A stretch of DNA of 64,000 nucleotides, taken from the IMG/VR virus record IMGVR_UViG_3300017917_002938, positions 32,001 to 96,000 of that record. One strand, written 5' to 3'. Below are positions 55,172 through 64,000 of this stretch, piece by piece. The notes beneath the pieces are model-generated. The model saw nothing but the letters and a program-made list of their open reading frames with translations. It was not told the DNA's origin and searched no databases. How positions within the stretch are numbered: position 1 is the first letter of the stretch; every line of letters begins with the position of its first letter. A program made the position numbers and the translations under genes. This DNA comes from a virus.

Positions 55172-56266
55172 TTAAACAATATGTCTATATACTCCGCTTG
55201 CGTCGTAGAACCAAGTATGAGATTGACCTAGGTTATTCATACTGTAAGTAATTTGAAGGGTACCGGTAGCAGGATCTTCTATAGAGTTGGCTCCTCCCCC
55301 AGACGTAATATTAAGTATATGACCGGAGTTGTTAATTATTTTAACTGTATAAAATCTACCCTCTGTAATTCCAGTATTAGGTAAAGTTAGGGTACAGTTA
55401 GATCCAACAGCATTTAAATCTACTAATAGTACATCAGCAGCGCTAGGATTACCATTGGCCGCGTATGTGTTGCTCGTTATAGTAGTAGGTTTAACAAAAC
55501 TACCTTTGAATGCTGTGCTCTGCAAGGTGGTATCAGGGAAAGATAACTGACCGTTAGCGCCAAATTTCCAAATGTAGTCGGCACCGTTATTACCAGTTTC
55601 AATTTGAACACCACCGTTTGATCCATTTTTAGCAGACCCTGCTATACGAACGGTAGGATTTACTTCTGATTGACCGGTAACCTGAATAAAATTCACGCCC
55701 ATTATACCTGGGCCTATTTGAATAGTATCGCCGTTTGCTTCGTATATTATACTACCGGAGAAGAGAACGTTATCAGTAGCAGCTGATCCTGTATCCCCTT
55801 TATTACCCTGAGATCCTAGATCACCTTTATCTCCTTTAGATCCTACCTCCCCTTTTGATCCTAGATCGCCTTTTTGACCTTTTATACCTGTAACGTAAAC
55901 ATTAGATGATGCGTCAGAGGACCCAAACTCAAGAGTATTGTTTGCGTCGGTATAGGTTGCGCTGATGTAGCGCTCGCCCTTCTCACCCTTTGCTCCAGTT
56001 GCTCCAGTTGAGCCGGTAGAACCTAAATCACCCTTATCTCCTTGACCGCCTTTCTCACCTTTATCTCCCTTGGAACCAGTAGTTCCAAGCTCGCCTTTTT
56101 CTCCTTTGTTTACAAGACCAACAAAGTACTGAGCCATGTTGTTGGCCAATACCTTTTTAGTCTCACCAGCAGAAACATCCACAACAACAAAAAGATCTCC
56201 GTTCGCTACTGCATTAGCAGCGAGTGTGGTTAAATCGGAGATCTTTTTTGCGCGATCAGTTGCCAT
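55172..56266 (-). CDS. Collagen-repeat fibre protein
   Basis: KKISDL N-terminus; two G-X-Y (KGE/KGD) runs. Confidence 0.8.
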   Translation of the reverse strand: MATDRAKKISDLTTLAANAVANGDLFVVVDVSAGETKKVLANNMAQYFVGLVNKGEKGELGTTGSKGDKGEKGGQGDKGDLGSTGSTGATGAKGEKGERYISATYTDANNTLEFGSSDASSNVYVTGIKGQKGDLGSKGEVGSKGDKGDLGSQGNKGDTGSAATDNVLFSGSIIYEANGDTIQIGPGIMGVNFIQVTGQSEVNPTVRIAGSAKNGSNGGVQIETGNNGADYIWKFGANGQLSFPDTTLQSTAFKGSFVKPTTITSNTYAANGNPSAADVLLVDLNAVGSNCTLTLPNTGITEGRFYTVKIINNSGHILNITSGGGANSIEDPATGTLQITYSMNNLGQSHTWFYDASGVYRHIV

Positions 56267-56271
56267 AGTGA

Positions 56272-57120
56272 TTAAGCGTCAGGTAATACAGTATCGTCAG
56301 ATGCATCGGAAGCGATTGATCCCATTGCAACCAGTGTTTCATAGTTTACACGACCAGCACGCCCACCAGTACCCTCGGTTCTTACAACCCATCCAGCGTG
56401 TGCAAGCCCGGTATTGATACCGCCACCAACAGTTGCTTGTCCGGTAGCTGTCTCACCTTTAACAGTGTGTGTTTGACCTGCGGTTGCTGTTGCTTCGGTT
56501 AGGTTAACATTAGAACCATTTTGTGTGGTTGATACGGCAAAAGAGGATGCGTTTACAAACGAGATGTAATAGAAAGTGTTACCAGTGAGACCACCGATAG
56601 CGGTATTACCAGTAGGAACTTCGTAGTAAATTCTGTCGCCAACTACAAATTTGCTGTTAGCAGTTGTTAACGCAATCGTATCAGTAGTATTGCTTACACC
56701 TGTGGTGTTAGCAGTAACGTTAAGTGCTGATGGTGCTGCTACTGCTACTGTAGGAGCAACCTTGTATCCAGAACCCGCAGCAGATACATTCAATGCAATA
56801 ATTCTACCAGTAGAAGTATTAGCTGTTGCGTTTGCTGTAGCAGAAGCTCCTCCGTTTACCGCGGTAAGAGTTACTGCTGCGTTAGCTGTATAGCCCGAAC
56901 CTGGATTAGTAATAACAATGTTAACAACTGGACCGCCGCTAACGACCATCTCAGCTGCATCTACACCGTACATACCGATTGTTTCTCCAGTTCCATAACC
57001 GTTTGCGGTTGTGTTACCGAACATTAAGTTTGCGTTGGTTCTTGTTGGTGCCTGAGCAACCTGTGCTGGTGCCCAAAGTACGCTGTTAGAAGCAACGTCT
57101 GATTTACCCCATTGACTCAT
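56272..57120 (-). CDS. Virion structural protein
   Basis: MSQWGKSD..; C-terminal HAGWV..GGRAGRV.YETLVAM. Confidence 0.65.
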   Translation of the reverse strand: MSQWGKSDVASNSVLWAPAQVAQAPTRTNANLMFGNTTANGYGTGETIGMYGVDAAEMVVSGGPVVNIVITNPGSGYTANAAVTLTAVNGGASATANATANTSTGRIIALNVSAAGSGYKVAPTVAVAAPSALNVTANTTGVSNTTDTIALTTANSKFVVGDRIYYEVPTGNTAIGGLTGNTFYYISFVNASSFAVSTTQNGSNVNLTEATATAGQTHTVKGETATGQATVGGGINTGLAHAGWVVRTEGTGGRAGRVNYETLVAMGSIASDASDDTVLPDA

Positions 57121-57156
57121 TTGTTTCTCCTTTGATAGGTTTATTAATAGTATTTA

Positions 57157-57360
57157 TTATTTCTTCTCAGCAAGCATGTCACGTAAAAAAGCCGATGATT
57201 TACTTACTATTTCAAAATTTTCTCCTGATGTTTCAGATAATGGCTGCTCTTGACGAATCTCAGGAGTACCAGCTTTATTTCTAATAGCAGTAAGATCACT
57301 GTCGGTACTCTCGTTGCGTTTTCTAGCAACAACCACCGGATTTATTACGTTAATAGGCAT
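57157..57360 (-). CDS. Hypothetical protein
   Basis: TAATG-coupled to upstream gene. Confidence 0.5.
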   Translation of the reverse strand: MPINVINPVVVARKRNESTDSDLTAIRNKAGTPEIRQEQPLSETSGENFEIVSKSSAFLRDMLAEKK

Positions 57361-59492
57361 TACTTTCCCCCAGATACCATTTTATGCACTGCCATGAAAT
57401 TATCATGGGATTGTGCAATATGGTTATGAAGTTGGGATCTTGCTTCAGGCTTCACTTTCTGAAGTGCTGAAAGGACTGCGTGAGCATGCTCGGCCTTAAC
57501 AAAGTGAGTCTTACCATTATCAAACTTAACATCAGCTCCACCCTTGGTTTTAAATCCTTCTTTACCTTTTACTTCATGAGCTTTAGCATCAGCCGCTTTA
57601 CTCAGCTGAACATGTACATGCTGGTCTGGTTCTTTACCAGAATCCGAACCACCATAATCATGGTCCTCATCATCACCTGATTTAGTTTTACCTTTTGACC
57701 ATTTTGGGTCTGTAGGATTTTTACGAGGGCGGCCGCGGCCCTCGTCAATGTCTTGCATTAGTGTTTTAAATGTTTTCATATTACTCTCGTCAAAGTGTTT
57801 GTAGTCAACGGTAGTCTTGTCACTTGTAGCTCCATGAGATACTAAGTGAACTTTGTCACCTTCTCTAGTAGCATGAACTCTTCTACCGGTTTCATCCTTG
57901 AATGATGTTTTTGAATTTACGCCAGATGGACGTAAATCTCTAATAGCTTTTTGATGTTCAGGATGTAAAGGATAGGAAGTATCAGCACCTTTATGCACAG
58001 TAATCATCTTACCCCAAGAATAGTTTTGTTTTTTAACAGTAACTGCTTCTTGAATATTATCACATACGCATGGCTCTTCCATACATTCTGGGCACAGATC
58101 AGACTCATTCATTTTAAGAATAGACTGTTCTCTTCCTTTTACTGATGCAGAATCGCTGCTTGCTTTTTTACGAGCTATCATTTGAATATTACTACGATCT
58201 GCTTCTGCTTTATCTTTTTTTGCTTTGAAATCATTTACTTGCTTTTCTGATTTTAATCTTTGCAATCTCGCTTTATTAAGATCATCCATTTCTTTTTCAA
58301 ATTCTGCACTTGACTCATTCATGCCTTTTTTAGCCTGTAAGTAAGCAGCAATTCCCATTATACGGCGCTTTTCTTTTGACTTACCTTTAAACTGAGGTGC
58401 ATTAGACTTTTTAAAGTCCCTTATGTAATCACCAGCAGTAGCAGAAGCTGGTAATTTTTCATCAAGCTGCTCTACATCCTCTTTCATTTGTTTACGTAAA
58501 GACATTTTAGCAGTATTCTCGGCATCTTCTTTATCGCTGTGATAAGATACTGGGCCTTCACCCATGTGCTTACCATCTTTATAATGATGAACCTGATACT
58601 CATTATACTCAGTATCTTTGTATACTCTTGCTGTATGAGATCCTTCTCCATGTTTGGAAATCAAACGCTTTCCAGTAGTCAAACTTGCTTCGTCAACATG
58701 TTCGAGTTCTTCCGGTAATTTACCTTTAGGCCCTGTTCGTTTGATATCATAAGCATGAGATTTAGTCATACCTATTTTGTCTCCCGGATATGTTTTTTTA
58801 TAAACTTGACCAGTACCATGTTGTTTAGCATAAGATGCTCTATTGGCCAAAGGATCAGAGTTATTATTACCTTCCTTTACATTCATTTGTTCTTCCTTGT
58901 ACGATTCTTTCTGCAGGTTTTTTCTAGTAGTCAACTTAACAGATAATGCAATACCCTTTGCACGCTTATCTTGTCGGGCTGCTGCAGCTTTTTGCGTATC
59001 ACCTTGTGCTACTCTTTTCATAAAGTTTTGATGACCATAATCACTAACCGCACTAGACATGTACTTGTCATGTGCTTGTTGGCTTATTTCATTAACTGTA
59101 CCAATGTAGTGATGATCATGCACCTTATAACCTTTGCGGCGATAATGCATGATAGCGGACGTGATAGCTTTTTCTTTATCTGGTCCTTTTACACGAACGG
59201 TCTTCTGAATAGTTTCTTTACGTTTAGAAACCATTGGGTGTTTAGGATCAGTTACTGTCAAGCCAATACGGTGTACATTTTCTTCTAACTCAACTTCTTC
59301 TTTATTTAAAGCTTTTCTGATACTAGCAGTAGTTTTTTCTATCTGTTTACCAGTTGCTTTCATAACATTACCTAGCCTATCAGTAGACTTTCTGAACTGA
59401 CCTTTAGCAGCCAATTCATCAGCCGACTTCTTTGCTTTTTCTTTATATCGGTCAAGCAGCTCTGAGCTAACCTCTTGAATTGACTTAGCCAT
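57360..59492 (-). CDS. Large modular Lys/His-rich putative capsid-internal protein
   Basis: Start MAKSIQE; modules separated by xxE linkers (EEVELEE, EELEHVDE, EDVEQLDE, MNE, IQE, IDE). Confidence 0.65.
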   Translation of the reverse strand: MAKSIQEVSSELLDRYKEKAKKSADELAAKGQFRKSTDRLGNVMKATGKQIEKTTASIRKALNKEEVELEENVHRIGLTVTDPKHPMVSKRKETIQKTVRVKGPDKEKAITSAIMHYRRKGYKVHDHHYIGTVNEISQQAHDKYMSSAVSDYGHQNFMKRVAQGDTQKAAAARQDKRAKGIALSVKLTTRKNLQKESYKEEQMNVKEGNNNSDPLANRASYAKQHGTGQVYKKTYPGDKIGMTKSHAYDIKRTGPKGKLPEELEHVDEASLTTGKRLISKHGEGSHTARVYKDTEYNEYQVHHYKDGKHMGEGPVSYHSDKEDAENTAKMSLRKQMKEDVEQLDEKLPASATAGDYIRDFKKSNAPQFKGKSKEKRRIMGIAAYLQAKKGMNESSAEFEKEMDDLNKARLQRLKSEKQVNDFKAKKDKAEADRSNIQMIARKKASSDSASVKGREQSILKMNESDLCPECMEEPCVCDNIQEAVTVKKQNYSWGKMITVHKGADTSYPLHPEHQKAIRDLRPSGVNSKTSFKDETGRRVHATREGDKVHLVSHGATSDKTTVDYKHFDESNMKTFKTLMQDIDEGRGRPRKNPTDPKWSKGKTKSGDDEDHDYGGSDSGKEPDQHVHVQLSKAADAKAHEVKGKEGFKTKGGADVKFDNGKTHFVKAEHAHAVLSALQKVKPEARSQLHNHIAQSHDNFMAVHKMVSGGK

Positions 59493-59493
59493 G

Positions 59494-59895
59494 TTACTTC
59501 TTCTTATGGTTGCCGTGGGCTTCAGAAACAACGATCTCTAAATTCTCTACAGGTACTTTTTTTTCAATGCCATGCTCAAACATAACATCATACCATGCAA
59601 TAGATCCATCTTCAGTAGGTTCAGCATGCTGGGAGAAAAGAGTTCTACCCTCACCCATTGTCTTATGTTTTACATGAACAGCACATTGGTGTTGTCCTGG
59701 AGTATCTCTTTGGGCAGCTTCTTCCATTTTTTCATGAGCGGCCGATTCACCCTTTTTATCTTTCTTTAAGAGTTTAAAATCGTGCGCGTCAATCTTACCA
59801 TTTTTATTTTTATCAATTTTGTGTTGATTGCCTTTTAATACTTCTTGAATAGAAGCAAGCACTTCTGGTTTGTCATACTGTTTTCTTAAGTCCAT
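59494..59895 (-). CDS. Putative prohead core/internal protein with EF-hand-like motif
   Basis: LKGNQHKIDKNKNGKIDAHDFKLL; HQCAVHVKH..WYDVMFEHGIE. Confidence 0.6.
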   Translation of the reverse strand: MDLRKQYDKPEVLASIQEVLKGNQHKIDKNKNGKIDAHDFKLLKKDKKGESAAHEKMEEAAQRDTPGQHQCAVHVKHKTMGEGRTLFSQHAEPTEDGSIAWYDVMFEHGIEKKVPVENLEIVVSEAHGNHKKK

Positions 59896-59909
59896 TTTTT
59901 TCTCCTGGG

Positions 59910-60548
59910 TTAGTCTTCATCAATAATTTTAATCTTACGTTGCATTAGCAACCCTCTTGACACTTTCATTGAATCATTATCGATATCTCTGTCAGGAGGC
60001 TCGGCTGTTGGTTCGTATGGTTTACTAGCAAATCGTTTGGTTTTCTCAATATCAAATCTAGTCATATCAGGTAAAACGTTTGAACCTTCGTCAACCAGAC
60101 TTTTGATTTTGTTTAGAATATCGTCAATATAGTCATGCTCTTTTTCTAATTTCATATCTTTAGCATAACCTTTGATATTCTGTACTAACTTTTCTGCTTC
60201 CTTTACGTCCTGTTCTGCAGCTCTTTGTTTTACTTTAGCTGTTTTGTAGATACCAAACAATTTGTCATGGTCTATTAAAGATTTTTCTGCTAGACTTGGA
60301 CTAACATCTTTAGGTAGTTTTTGAGCATACAAAATTTGAGCTTTTGGTTCCATTTCAAAATGTTTAGTTTTGTATGTACCTGCAGCTATTTGATCTCTAC
60401 CATCTTTTTCAACATACGTTTTATCTCCCACATCGGGGAATTTAGTTTTAAGAACACCCATAACGGCTTCTTCCACTGAACGGAAGTTACCTTCTCCGCG
60501 CTTACCCTTAAGCACGTCCATAATTGTGTTCTCTACAGTTCTATACAT
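59910..60548 (-). CDS. Hypothetical protein
   Basis: Start MYRTVENTI coupled to the dps stop. Confidence 0.6.
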   Translation of the reverse strand: MYRTVENTIMDVLKGKRGEGNFRSVEEAVMGVLKTKFPDVGDKTYVEKDGRDQIAAGTYKTKHFEMEPKAQILYAQKLPKDVSPSLAEKSLIDHDKLFGIYKTAKVKQRAAEQDVKEAEKLVQNIKGYAKDMKLEKEHDYIDDILNKIKSLVDEGSNVLPDMTRFDIEKTKRFASKPYEPTAEPPDRDIDNDSMKVSRGLLMQRKIKIIDED

Positions 60549-60982
60549 TATCCACCTGTGGCTTTTAACATCCAAGCGTGTTTGGAGTGGGCATCTAATC
60601 TTCCTGCAATAAAATCAGCAAGACCTTGTTTGTTTAGATCATTTGCAAGTGCAAACGTCTTGTTCAATTCTGTTATTACAATGTAATTATCGCGTGATAG
60701 TTCATCTATCATATCTTTAGCAGATAATATTTTATCTTGATCTCTTATTTTAGATAGTTCCAACATTCGGTATAAGCTCCCAGGAGCAAAACTATCTAAT
60801 GCTCTTACTTCTTCAGCCATAGGATCTATTGAACCGTAAACCTCTTCATACAGATTACCAAAGAAGGTATGATACTGAGGGAAGTTAGGACCTTCAACAT
60901 TCCAGTGAAACCCCTGAGCCTTTAAGTAAAAAGAAAAGGTGGTTCCTAGGGCAATTTTCAGTTGATTGATTAACTCATCCAT
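60548..60982 (-). CDS. dps: Dps/ferritin-like protein
   Basis: FHWNVEGPNF.QYH..F..LYEE..D..AE..R; H.KHAWML. Confidence 0.92.
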   Translation of the reverse strand: MDELINQLKIALGTTFSFYLKAQGFHWNVEGPNFPQYHTFFGNLYEEVYGSIDPMAEEVRALDSFAPGSLYRMLELSKIRDQDKILSAKDMIDELSRDNYIVITELNKTFALANDLNKQGLADFIAGRLDAHSKHAWMLKATGG

Positions 60983-60983
60983 A

Positions 60984-63209
60984 TTATTTTTTCTTCGCTA
61001 GTTTTTTCTGCACTTGGGTTAATAATGTAGGGTCAGAAGAAAGTATGTCGGCTAACCTATCATACATCTTTGCCATTAAGTCCCTATCCTTTTGATTCAA
61101 TTTTTCTATATCGTCTAGATTACTTAAACGAGAAAGTATTTGAGAGAATTTAGTTTTATCTCCCGATACTTTTGTTCCTAGGTCACGCTCTCTTGCATAG
61201 CGTGTAGGATCTCTTTCTCTCATCTGCTCGAGCACGGTAGGGTGGTGAGCAAACCCACCTTGTATTTTCATACCTAGATCGGCTGCTGTCATTACAGTAC
61301 CTAAGCCTGTTGGTTTAGCAATTTCAAAAACTTCGGTTATGGTTTTTTTTTGTTGTATGTCACGAGTAATAGCTTGTGCGGAAGTTTTATCTCCTCTTTT
61401 GATAGCAGCTGCAGCCTTCATGTGTAGATTAGCTAGCATATGCTTGCCTTTTTGTCTTAACTTCGCTGCTTGCTGTTCATGAGAAGAGGCATTCTCATCA
61501 ATAGTAGTCAGAGCATCAAAAAACTCTTTTACATTAACCTTCTGTTTTTTCTGCTTAATAGGCTTTATTCCTTGCACAGTCATTTTTTTAAAGCCTTTTG
61601 ACTCATAATATTGTCTTGCTCTCTCACTAGCACTTTCATCCGACTCTGCTTGTACTTTTAGCTCTTTGACAATACGAGCTTGAACTCCGGGGTTTAGTGG
61701 ATCATGCATGTGAAGAGTTACAAGGTGGGTATGCTGCGGATCTTGAGTAGGCATGTCACTTATTCTTTTAGCAGTTTTACTAACTTGTTCTGCTAAATCA
61801 CTATCTAACCTTACAAAAGAATCACCGCCGCTAACAAATGAGTTTACTCTATTGAATGCTGCCTGTTGTGGAGTATAGTTTATATCTGCTGTTTTTTTCC
61901 ATTCGTTTATACCTCTAGTATAAACCTCGGCTACTATATTAAAAGGAATGTTGTATTGATCGGCTTTTTTCTGAAGAGAATTAATTTCTTGTTCACTTAA
62001 GTTGCTGATAAGAGCATTATATACCTTTTCAACATACCCTACCAAACGAGACATTTCTTTAAGTGTCTCACCGTGCATAGGTTCGTGAGAGAAAGCCATG
62101 AAGCTTTTCATACCAGGAGGCTTTCCATGATGTGTTCTTACACGCACAAGCCTTTGTTGTTCGGCTTGTTTTACTTTGGGCATTAAACGTAAAGCCATAC
62201 GTTTAATAAATTTAGTTTTTGAATCAATCATCTTATCTACACCAATTTTATCGGATGTCGACATATGTTGATAGCTTGCCCCTCTTTTACCGGCAAATCT
62301 TATACGAAGAACGTTCTTTGCTCTCTTCTCAGCTCTTCTTTTTAATGTAGTATCGGTAGCTAGTTTTTGTTTTGCAATGTTACGAGCACGTGTAAGTCTT
62401 GGGTTAATTCGTTTCATTAGCAGAGCGCGTTGACGTCTTTGCATCAGATTAACCACGCGTTCAAAAATATCTTCTGTAGTTTCTTTAACAGATTGAATGT
62501 GCTTTACTATCTCATCAGCGTGTGGATGTAATGCTTTAGGAAGACCGGATTTAAATTTTGATTTGTTGCCCGCTCTAGCATGCTCGCGCATTTTAGTGCC
62601 TGACATACCCTCAGCACCTTCGGCATCTGGATCACGGTGACCAGCTGAAACAACTTTAATGGATTTGAAATTATAGTGTCCGTGCTTACCTTCTACATTG
62701 TTGTAAGCTTTTAACTTCTTTTCATACTCATCTACACGATCAGACCCAGCAACTACCACTAGATGTTTGTGGCCAGCAGCATGTAGCTTAGATGCTGCGT
62801 GAAATATGGATGGATGTTCTTTAGAGGAACCAGTAACGTGAACGCTCTCACCCGCTACCTTTTTAAGGTAACCTAATTTTTTGTGTTGTGGGAGAGGATC
62901 TTTAGAAGTGCCTTCGGAATGGCTAGCTACAATATGAGCCTGGCCTCCGTGTTCATCTGCTACTTCTTTTACTTTATTGATAAGTTTTTCATGTCCGATG
63001 GTAGGAGGATTATAGCGTCCAAAAGCCATAACAGCAGTAGAATCCTTAGCTTCCGCAACTGGTCGCTTACCTAGTCCATCATCTATAAATGGATTAATGT
63101 CAATTTTATCAGGTGTTTCACCTGTAACAGTCTTACCCTTCTGAAGTTTTGCATCAGAAGCAGTTTCTTTAGCTGGTTTCTTACCAGCTGGTATATCTTT
63201 ATCTTTCAT
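60984..63209 (-). CDS. Cytidylyltransferase-like (HxGH) domain fused to basic modules
   Basis: AFGRYNPPTIGHEKL, VAGSDRV, SAGHRDPDAEG..GMSGTKMR; later AFNRVNSF module. Confidence 0.8.
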   Translation of the reverse strand: MKDKDIPAGKKPAKETASDAKLQKGKTVTGETPDKIDINPFIDDGLGKRPVAEAKDSTAVMAFGRYNPPTIGHEKLINKVKEVADEHGGQAHIVASHSEGTSKDPLPQHKKLGYLKKVAGESVHVTGSSKEHPSIFHAASKLHAAGHKHLVVVAGSDRVDEYEKKLKAYNNVEGKHGHYNFKSIKVVSAGHRDPDAEGAEGMSGTKMREHARAGNKSKFKSGLPKALHPHADEIVKHIQSVKETTEDIFERVVNLMQRRQRALLMKRINPRLTRARNIAKQKLATDTTLKRRAEKRAKNVLRIRFAGKRGASYQHMSTSDKIGVDKMIDSKTKFIKRMALRLMPKVKQAEQQRLVRVRTHHGKPPGMKSFMAFSHEPMHGETLKEMSRLVGYVEKVYNALISNLSEQEINSLQKKADQYNIPFNIVAEVYTRGINEWKKTADINYTPQQAAFNRVNSFVSGGDSFVRLDSDLAEQVSKTAKRISDMPTQDPQHTHLVTLHMHDPLNPGVQARIVKELKVQAESDESASERARQYYESKGFKKMTVQGIKPIKQKKQKVNVKEFFDALTTIDENASSHEQQAAKLRQKGKHMLANLHMKAAAAIKRGDKTSAQAITRDIQQKKTITEVFEIAKPTGLGTVMTAADLGMKIQGGFAHHPTVLEQMRERDPTRYARERDLGTKVSGDKTKFSQILSRLSNLDDIEKLNQKDRDLMAKMYDRLADILSSDPTLLTQVQKKLAKKK

Positions 63210-63250
63210 GTTTTCCTTTGATCAGGTTTACCTTAGCCTAACTGACCTTT

Positions 63251-63258
63251 TATTTATA
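63251..63258 (-). promoter_or_regulatory. T4-type late promoter TATAAATA
   Basis: Exact consensus ~40 nt upstream of the start at 63209. Confidence 0.75.
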
Positions 63259-63276
63259 ATTTATTGATTTTATCTA

Positions 63277-64000
63277 TTATCTTGTTACTTCGTCCCAATC
63301 CATTGATGCATGAACAACCGTATTTAAGGTATCGCTAACAGCACATAGAGTCAATTCATACGGTGTGTTTGACAGTCCATCTCTTTCTAATTGAAATTTA
63401 AATAATGCTTCGCGTAAGATAGTAACAGGGACAGCAGATTGTGTTGTAGATGATGTAAACCCTGATGCAAGAATTCTTCCACCAGAAACAGTTGCTGAAT
63501 CTAATTTATACTCTATACTACTATTCGTTCCTGCACTGACCCAGGACCCCCCGCTTGTTGTTGCAGATGCTCTTACTTGCCAATTGACAACAGCGTTATT
63601 TGTTCCAGTAAGTAAGGATATTGCAGTTATAATTGCAATAGCGTCTAGATTAGAAGCTTTCAAACGAAGAGAGACTAAATTATAAAATGTTCCTGGCGTC
63701 GAAAGAGTTATAGGTGAAGTAACAGAACTTCCTACCGCTTGTTGTGTTCCACTTAACTCATACCCACCTTCTGATATTACAGTTGAACATATCTGTTTTA
63801 AAGTACTTGAGCTTGCTGTTGTTCCTGTATTCGTTATTTCATATCTCAAAGGAAGAGTAGCAGTTGTCATGTAAGGAACTGTATTACGGTTGTCGTTATG
63901 AAATACATGAGCGGTCTTCATTATTCCATCTACAACAAACCCACATCTGACATCACCAACACCTAGCCACTCGATATCAAACCATAGAATATTAGTTTTT
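63277..64000 (-). CDS. Virion structural-type protein, C-terminal part (starts beyond the window)
   Basis: Frame open to window end; WLGVGDVRCGF, LPLRYEI, QICSTVISEGG. Confidence 0.6.
   Translation of the reverse strand, partial: KTNILWFDIEWLGVGDVRCGFVVDGIMKTAHVFHNDNRNTVPYMTTATLPLRYEITNTGTTASSSTLKQICSTVISEGGYELSGTQQAVGSSVTSPITLSTPGTFYNLVSLRLKASNLDAIAIITAISLLTGTNNAVVNWQVRASATTSGGSWVSAGTNSSIEYKLDSATVSGGRILASGFTSSTTQSAVPVTILREALFKFQLERDGLSNTPYELTLCAVSDTLNTVVHASMDWDEVTR

Overview
64-kb internal segment of a large T4-like (contractile-tailed) phage genome, AT-rich and mostly encoded on the minus strand. The tmRNA tag peptide ANDERFALAA suggests a betaproteobacterial host. Left (1-20 kb): baseplate/tail module with gp8-, gp7-, gp6-, gp25-, gp5-, gp27-like, gp53, gp48, gp4, gp2, gp54 and gp26/gp51 genes and two tape-measure-like genes. 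20-24 kb: gp32, gp59, gp33 and accessory enzymes. 24.8-25.1 kb: a circularly permuted (two-piece) tmRNA. 27.6-36.3 kb: 30 tRNA genes covering all 20 amino acids, interleaved with several unannotated structured RNAs. 37-52 kb: nucleases, RNase H, a heptose/sugar-nucleotide cluster, dCMP deaminase, HiPIP, desaturase, NrdAB, ThyX and primase. 52-64 kb: lysis genes, structural and putative capsid-internal proteins, Dps and a cytidylyltransferase-like protein. The most striking unexplained feature is at 36381-36598, directly upstream of the tRNA array. A sigma70 promoter drives an apparently leaderless 40-41-codon ORF that uses all 20 amino acids (34 different codons), and its 3' end forms a classical antiterminator/terminator switch. 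This is a candidate ribosome-mediated attenuator that senses shortage of essentially any tRNA and switches on the phage tRNA array. Other notable items: four ORFs whose stop codons lie inside tRNA 5' ends (non-stop mRNAs after RNase P cleavage, in a phage with its own tmRNA), a coiled-coil gene paired with a ~260-nt repeat-containing structured RNA, tRNA trailers that fold back over the CCA end, a long-variable-arm tRNA(UAU), and a gp26/gp51 -1 frameshift. Protein family calls come from motif recognition and synteny only; no searches were run.
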